NCBI GenBank assembly: GCA_035250605.1
Contig: DATFFA010000097.1
Location: 6,546-70,545, forward strand
Length of the DNA: 64,000 nucleotides
Source of the DNA: Variovorax sp.
GTDB lineage: Bacteria; Pseudomonadota; Gammaproteobacteria; Burkholderiales; Burkholderiaceae_C
Reading direction: 5' to 3'
Part shown: one piece after another, positions 60,242-64,000 of the stretch
Numbering within the stretch: position 1 is the first letter of the stretch
Layout of the letters: each line of letters begins with the position of its first letter
Notes under the pieces: generated by a model
The model's input: only the letters and a program-made list of their open reading frames with translations
Database searches by the model: none
What the model was told of the DNA's origin: nothing
Position numbers and translations under genes: made by a program

Positions 60242-61428
60242 GAACCCGCCTTCGCGGTCACGGCCGGCCGCGCGATCGACGCCGCCGGCGCGCCCTTGGC
60301 GGCGACCTCCCCCGGCGCGGCCGCCGGCACGGTCTTGCCGCGCTTGAGCCACAGGTAGAGCCCGCTGCCCAGCACGATGATCGTGGCGATGTCCAGCAGG
60401 GCCCAGAGAATCTGCATCGGCATGCCGCCGTAGTCGCCGAAGTGCAGCGGCTGCGAGACCAGCAGGGCCGTGAGGTACCACGGCAGTTGCGGACTGGCGG
60501 TCACCTCGGCGGTCCTGGCATCGACCAGCACCGGCTGCAGCAGGCGCGAGGTGAAAGGCTCGCTGCCGCGCAGGAAGACGGTGTTGTGGTGCGGGCTCGA
60601 GAAGGCCGTGCCCGGGAAGGCGATGAAGCTGACCTTCATTCCCGGCGCACGCTCGAGCGCGACGTCGAGCGAACGCTGCACCGAGCCGCGCTCGGCCTTC
60701 GGCGTTTCGGGCTGGCCCTTGTAGGGGGTGAGCAGTGCGCTCAGCTGGTCGTACTGCCAGTACTTGATCACCAGGTCGGCCCAGGTGTTGATCATGCCGG
60801 TGGCCCCCACCGTGAAGGCCCACACCAGGGTCACGATGCCCAGCAGGTTGTGCAGGTCCAGCCACTTGAGGCGCGGGCGGCGCTCGCGCCGGACGGTGCC
60901 GAAATCCAGCTTGCGCATGAAGGGCGCGTAGAGCACCACCCCGCTGACGATGGCCACCAGCAGCAGCAGGCCCATGAAGCCCAGGAACAGCTTGCCGGGC
61001 AGCCCGGCGAACAGGTCCACGTGCAGCTTGAGCATCACCCACATGAAGCCCTCGTCGAACTTGGGCTGCGCCAGCACCTGGCCGGTGCGCGCGTCGACCG
61101 CCACCGACTTGAAGTCGTCGGTGGGCGCCGGCGTGGGCGTGAGGGTGACGAACCAGAGGCCGTCGTCGTCCTCGGGCTGGGACACGAACTGCACCACGCG
61201 CTCGGGATGCAGCGCGTGCGCCGTCGCGATCACGCGGTCGAGGCTGGCGCGCGGCGTGCCGGCCGGCATCTTCGGCGCATCGACTTCGGTGCCCAGCAGA
61301 TGGCCGATCTCGTGGTGGAAGATGAGCGGCAGCCCGGTGATGCACAGCAGCAGCATGAAGACCGTGCAGACCAGGCTGCTCCACTTGTGCACCCAGGCCC
61401 AGGCCTTGATCCTTCGGCTGTTGTTCAT
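60238..61428 (-). CDS. PepSY-associated TM helix protein (iron-uptake associated)
   Basis: VHKWSSL, LHVDL, DLHNLLG and PLHFGDYGG His motifs. Confidence 0.88.
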   Translation of the reverse strand: MNNSRRIKAWAWVHKWSSLVCTVFMLLLCITGLPLIFHHEIGHLLGTEVDAPKMPAGTPRASLDRVIATAHALHPERVVQFVSQPEDDDGLWFVTLTPTPAPTDDFKSVAVDARTGQVLAQPKFDEGFMWVMLKLHVDLFAGLPGKLFLGFMGLLLLVAIVSGVVLYAPFMRKLDFGTVRRERRPRLKWLDLHNLLGIVTLVWAFTVGATGMINTWADLVIKYWQYDQLSALLTPYKGQPETPKAERGSVQRSLDVALERAPGMKVSFIAFPGTAFSSPHHNTVFLRGSEPFTSRLLQPVLVDARTAEVTASPQLPWYLTALLVSQPLHFGDYGGMPMQILWALLDIATIIVLGSGLYLWLKRGKTVPAAAPGEVAAKGAPAASIARPAVTAKAGS

Positions 61429-61445
61429 CGCGGGATTCCTCGGGT

Positions 61446-63548
61446 CTAGAAGCGGTAGGTGGCGCTGGCCACGACGTTGCGGCGCGCGCCCCACCAGCAG
61501 TCGCCGCGCGCGAGACAGGTGCTGAAATACGCCTTGTCGGTCGCGTTGTTGATGTTGAGCGCATAGCGCCACTTCGCGGTTTCGTAGGCGAGCACCAGGT
61601 CGAGCAGCGTTGCGCTCGGGATGCGGGGGCCGCTGCCGCCGAAGGACACGTCTCGGAAGGAGCCCATGTGGCGCACGCCGGCGCCCACCGAGAAGCCCGG
61701 CACGCCCGCAATCGCGAAGCGGTACTTGGCCCACACGGCCGCCTGATGACGCGGGAGGCCTTCGAGCTGCGGATCGAGGTCGGTGTAGTTGTAGTGCGCC
61801 GTGATATCGAGGTTCGGCGCGATCGAGCCCTTGGCCTCGAGCTCGACGCCGCGCGTCTTGGTCTCGCCCAGCTGCGTGTAGACATTGGGGATCGGTTGCG
61901 CGATCTGGTTCTTCTCGCGCAGATCGTAGACCGCGGCGTTGAAGGCAAGACCGCGCCCCGCAGGCTCGTACTTGACGCCCGCTTCCCACTGCTCGCCGCG
62001 CAGCGGCGAGAACACCCTGCCGTCGCGAGGCGACTGCGGCGTGAAAGATTCCGCATAGCTCACGTAGGGCGACCAACCCGAGGGAAAGGCATACAGGACG
62101 CCGAAGCGTTTGCTGGTTGCGCTGTCCCTCGCGTCCTCGCTGCCTTCCGAACCCGCGACCACGCGGTCGTGCCGCAGGCCGGCGATGAAGTTCCAGTTGC
62201 CCAGCTTGATCTGGTCCTGCAGGTAGACGCCGGTCGCGCGCTGGGTGGTGCGCGGCCGCGCCGTGCGCTCCGGCTCGAGCCGGTTGCCGTAGATCGGTGC
62301 GTAGGCATCGATCTCGCTCATGGAGATGCCGGCCCACACGTTCTCGCGGTGGCGCTGGTAGTCCGCGCCGACCAGCAGCGTGTGCTTGAGCGCACCGGTA
62401 TCGAAGTGGCTCTCGAGATGGTTGTCCAGCGTGTCGATGCGGTTGCGCGTGAGCGAGCTGTCGATGAAGCGCGCCAGACGACGCTTGCCGACGGGGTCGG
62501 CGCCCCAGCCCCCGGGGATGGTGAAGGCGTCTGCCCAGTGGTAGCTGTTGTCGTTCTCGTTCTGCGCGTGGCGGAAGTTCTGGCGGAAGGTGAAGTTCTC
62601 GTTGAACTTGTGCTCGAACAGCCAGCCCAAGGTCTTGCGCTCGCTGTCGTAGTAGTCGCCGGGTTCGCCGATGAAACGGCTGGTCGGCAGGCGGCCGTTG
62701 GGGTTCGGCAACAGCGTGCCCTCCCACGGCAAGAACTGCGAAGTCGTGCCGCTCTTGTCCTTCTGATAGAGGCCCTGCAGCGTAAGCGAGGTGGCGGCGT
62801 TCGGGCGCCAGGTCAGCGAGGGCGCGATCAACCGGCGGTCGTCCGGCACGAAATCGACCTGGGTGTCCGCCTCGCGCGCGACTGCGATCAGGCGGTACGA
62901 CCATTGGCCGTCGGCCGTCAGCGGACCGGTCAGGTCGGCCTGGAGCTGGCGCCGGTTCCAGCTGCCCAGCTGCACGCCCACCTCACGCTGGGTCTCCTGC
63001 AGCGGCCGCTTGCTCACCATGTTGACGATGCCGGCCGCGGTGCCCGACCCGAACAGCATGCCCGACGGCCCGCGCAGCACTTCGAGGCGCTCCAGCATGT
63101 ATGGCTCGGTGCGGGTGGTGCTGGTGTAGTAGCCGTACGCCTGGCGCAGGCCGTCGAGGTAGACGTCGGGGTAGGCGCCGCGCACGCGGAACGAGTCGGT
63201 GCGCGCATCGAGGCCGTAGGCGTCCGAACGGACGCCGGCCGCATAGGTGAGCGCGTCCTGCAGGTTGGTGGCGCCCTGGTCGACGATCTGGTCGCGCGTG
63301 ACCACCGTCACCGCCTGCGGCGTCTCCGCGAGCGGGGTGTCGGTCTTGGTCGCGGTGGCGGCGTTCTTCGCGCGGTAACCGATCACCGGGGTGGTGGCAG
63401 TCTCCTTCTCCGCGTTCGCGTCGACGCGCACCTCGGGCAGCGCGCCGCCGCTGCCCACTTGCGCAAACACCGTCGATGAAGCGGTCATCGCCAAATACCC
63501 CGCCAGAAGCGATGCGGCCTTGCGCCGCGCGGAAAAGCTGGAAGTCAA
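61446..63548 (-). CDS. TonB-dependent siderophore receptor (FhuA/FoxA-like)
   Basis: ATKTDTPLAETPQAV, ERLEVLRGP and C-terminal YRF; TTG start with GGAG SD. Confidence 0.9.
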   Translation of the reverse strand: MTSSFSARRKAASLLAGYLAMTASSTVFAQVGSGGALPEVRVDANAEKETATTPVIGYRAKNAATATKTDTPLAETPQAVTVVTRDQIVDQGATNLQDALTYAAGVRSDAYGLDARTDSFRVRGAYPDVYLDGLRQAYGYYTSTTRTEPYMLERLEVLRGPSGMLFGSGTAAGIVNMVSKRPLQETQREVGVQLGSWNRRQLQADLTGPLTADGQWSYRLIAVAREADTQVDFVPDDRRLIAPSLTWRPNAATSLTLQGLYQKDKSGTTSQFLPWEGTLLPNPNGRLPTSRFIGEPGDYYDSERKTLGWLFEHKFNENFTFRQNFRHAQNENDNSYHWADAFTIPGGWGADPVGKRRLARFIDSSLTRNRIDTLDNHLESHFDTGALKHTLLVGADYQRHRENVWAGISMSEIDAYAPIYGNRLEPERTARPRTTQRATGVYLQDQIKLGNWNFIAGLRHDRVVAGSEGSEDARDSATSKRFGVLYAFPSGWSPYVSYAESFTPQSPRDGRVFSPLRGEQWEAGVKYEPAGRGLAFNAAVYDLREKNQIAQPIPNVYTQLGETKTRGVELEAKGSIAPNLDITAHYNYTDLDPQLEGLPRHQAAVWAKYRFAIAGVPGFSVGAGVRHMGSFRDVSFGGSGPRIPSATLLDLVLAYETAKWRYALNINNATDKAYFSTCLARGDCWWGARRNVVASATYRF

Positions 63549-63567
63549 TTCTCCGTCCCGAAATCTT

Positions 63568-63586
63568 GTTGAGAGTGATTCGCATT
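63568..63586 (-). promoter_or_regulatory. Fur box
   Basis: AATGCGAATCACTCTCAAC resembles the AATGAGAATCATTCTCATT Fur-box variant; 19 nt upstream of the siderophore receptor start. Confidence 0.7.
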
Positions 63587-63752
63587 CTAGTAGGTGATTG
63601 TTCTACTTTGAAACCATTACCCCTTGATTTGGTGCGCCTCTTCAATCCCTTCGCCAACGGGCACGGGCACCTGGCCGCGCGCTGGCTAAGGATCTTCTTC
63701 ACCGGCGGCGGCCGAGCCGCCGCCGACATCGACGTCTTTGTTCAGCCGCAGC

Positions 63753-64000
63753 TCACAGGGGGATCTGCGTCGTCGAGAGCACCTGCTTGAGCACGATGAA
63801 GGAGCGAATCTGCCGCACGCCGGGCAGATACAGCAGTTGCTCGGCGTGCAGCCGGTTGAAGCTCTCGCCGTCGCGCGTGCGCACGAGCATGAAGTAGTCG
63901 AACTCGCCGGTCACGACATGGCATTCCATGCAGCCGGAGATCTTGGCCGCCGCCTTCTCGAAGGCGCTGAAGGACTCCGGCGTCGAGCGATCGAGCACCA
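63753..64000 (-). CDS. acdR: Lrp/AsnC regulator, AcdR-like (5' part outside window)
   Basis: LDRSTPESF...CMECHVVTGEFDYFML...FNRLHAEQLLYLPGVRQIRSF...LSTTQIPL matches my recollection of the ACC deaminase regulator C-terminus. Confidence 0.75.
   Translation of the reverse strand, partial: VLDRSTPESFSAFEKAAAKISGCMECHVVTGEFDYFMLVRTRDGESFNRLHAEQLLYLPGVRQIRSFIVLKQVLSTTQIPL

Overview
A GC-rich, gene-dense betaproteobacterial chromosomal segment. Gene content and order suggest Comamonadaceae, Variovorax-like (inference). Most of it is core genome: degQ; tatABC; the his cluster (hisG-D-C-B-H-A ... hisF-I-E) with two insertions; murA-ibaG; a yadG/yadH-type ABC pair; mlaFEDACB; gltBD; a domesticated-looking RAYT (Y1/HUH) transposase; dgt-aroB-aroK; pilMNOPQ opposite mrcA; cyaY opposite lptM-lysA; msrPQ; System II cytochrome c biogenesis with cytochrome c4; engB; two lipid A acyltransferases; metK with a SAM-II riboswitch; two TonB receptors with a PepSY-TM protein; and a partial AcdR-like Lrp regulator. 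No rRNA, tRNA, CRISPR array or prophage was seen. The most unusual signal is an 86-bp GC-rich element sitting exactly in an ATGA stop/start overlap. It encodes a 29-aa ORF running ATGA-to-ATGA, so translational coupling is preserved. A related element between gltB and gltD is flanked by an 8-bp direct repeat containing the gltB stop. Other points: a Rap1a-like orphan gene coupled into the his operon, a DAACS symporter paired with an orphan binding protein, and several candidate leaderless, bidirectional and ECF promoters. Start codons were hand-adjusted from the ORF track. All family assignments are by motif recognition, not database search.
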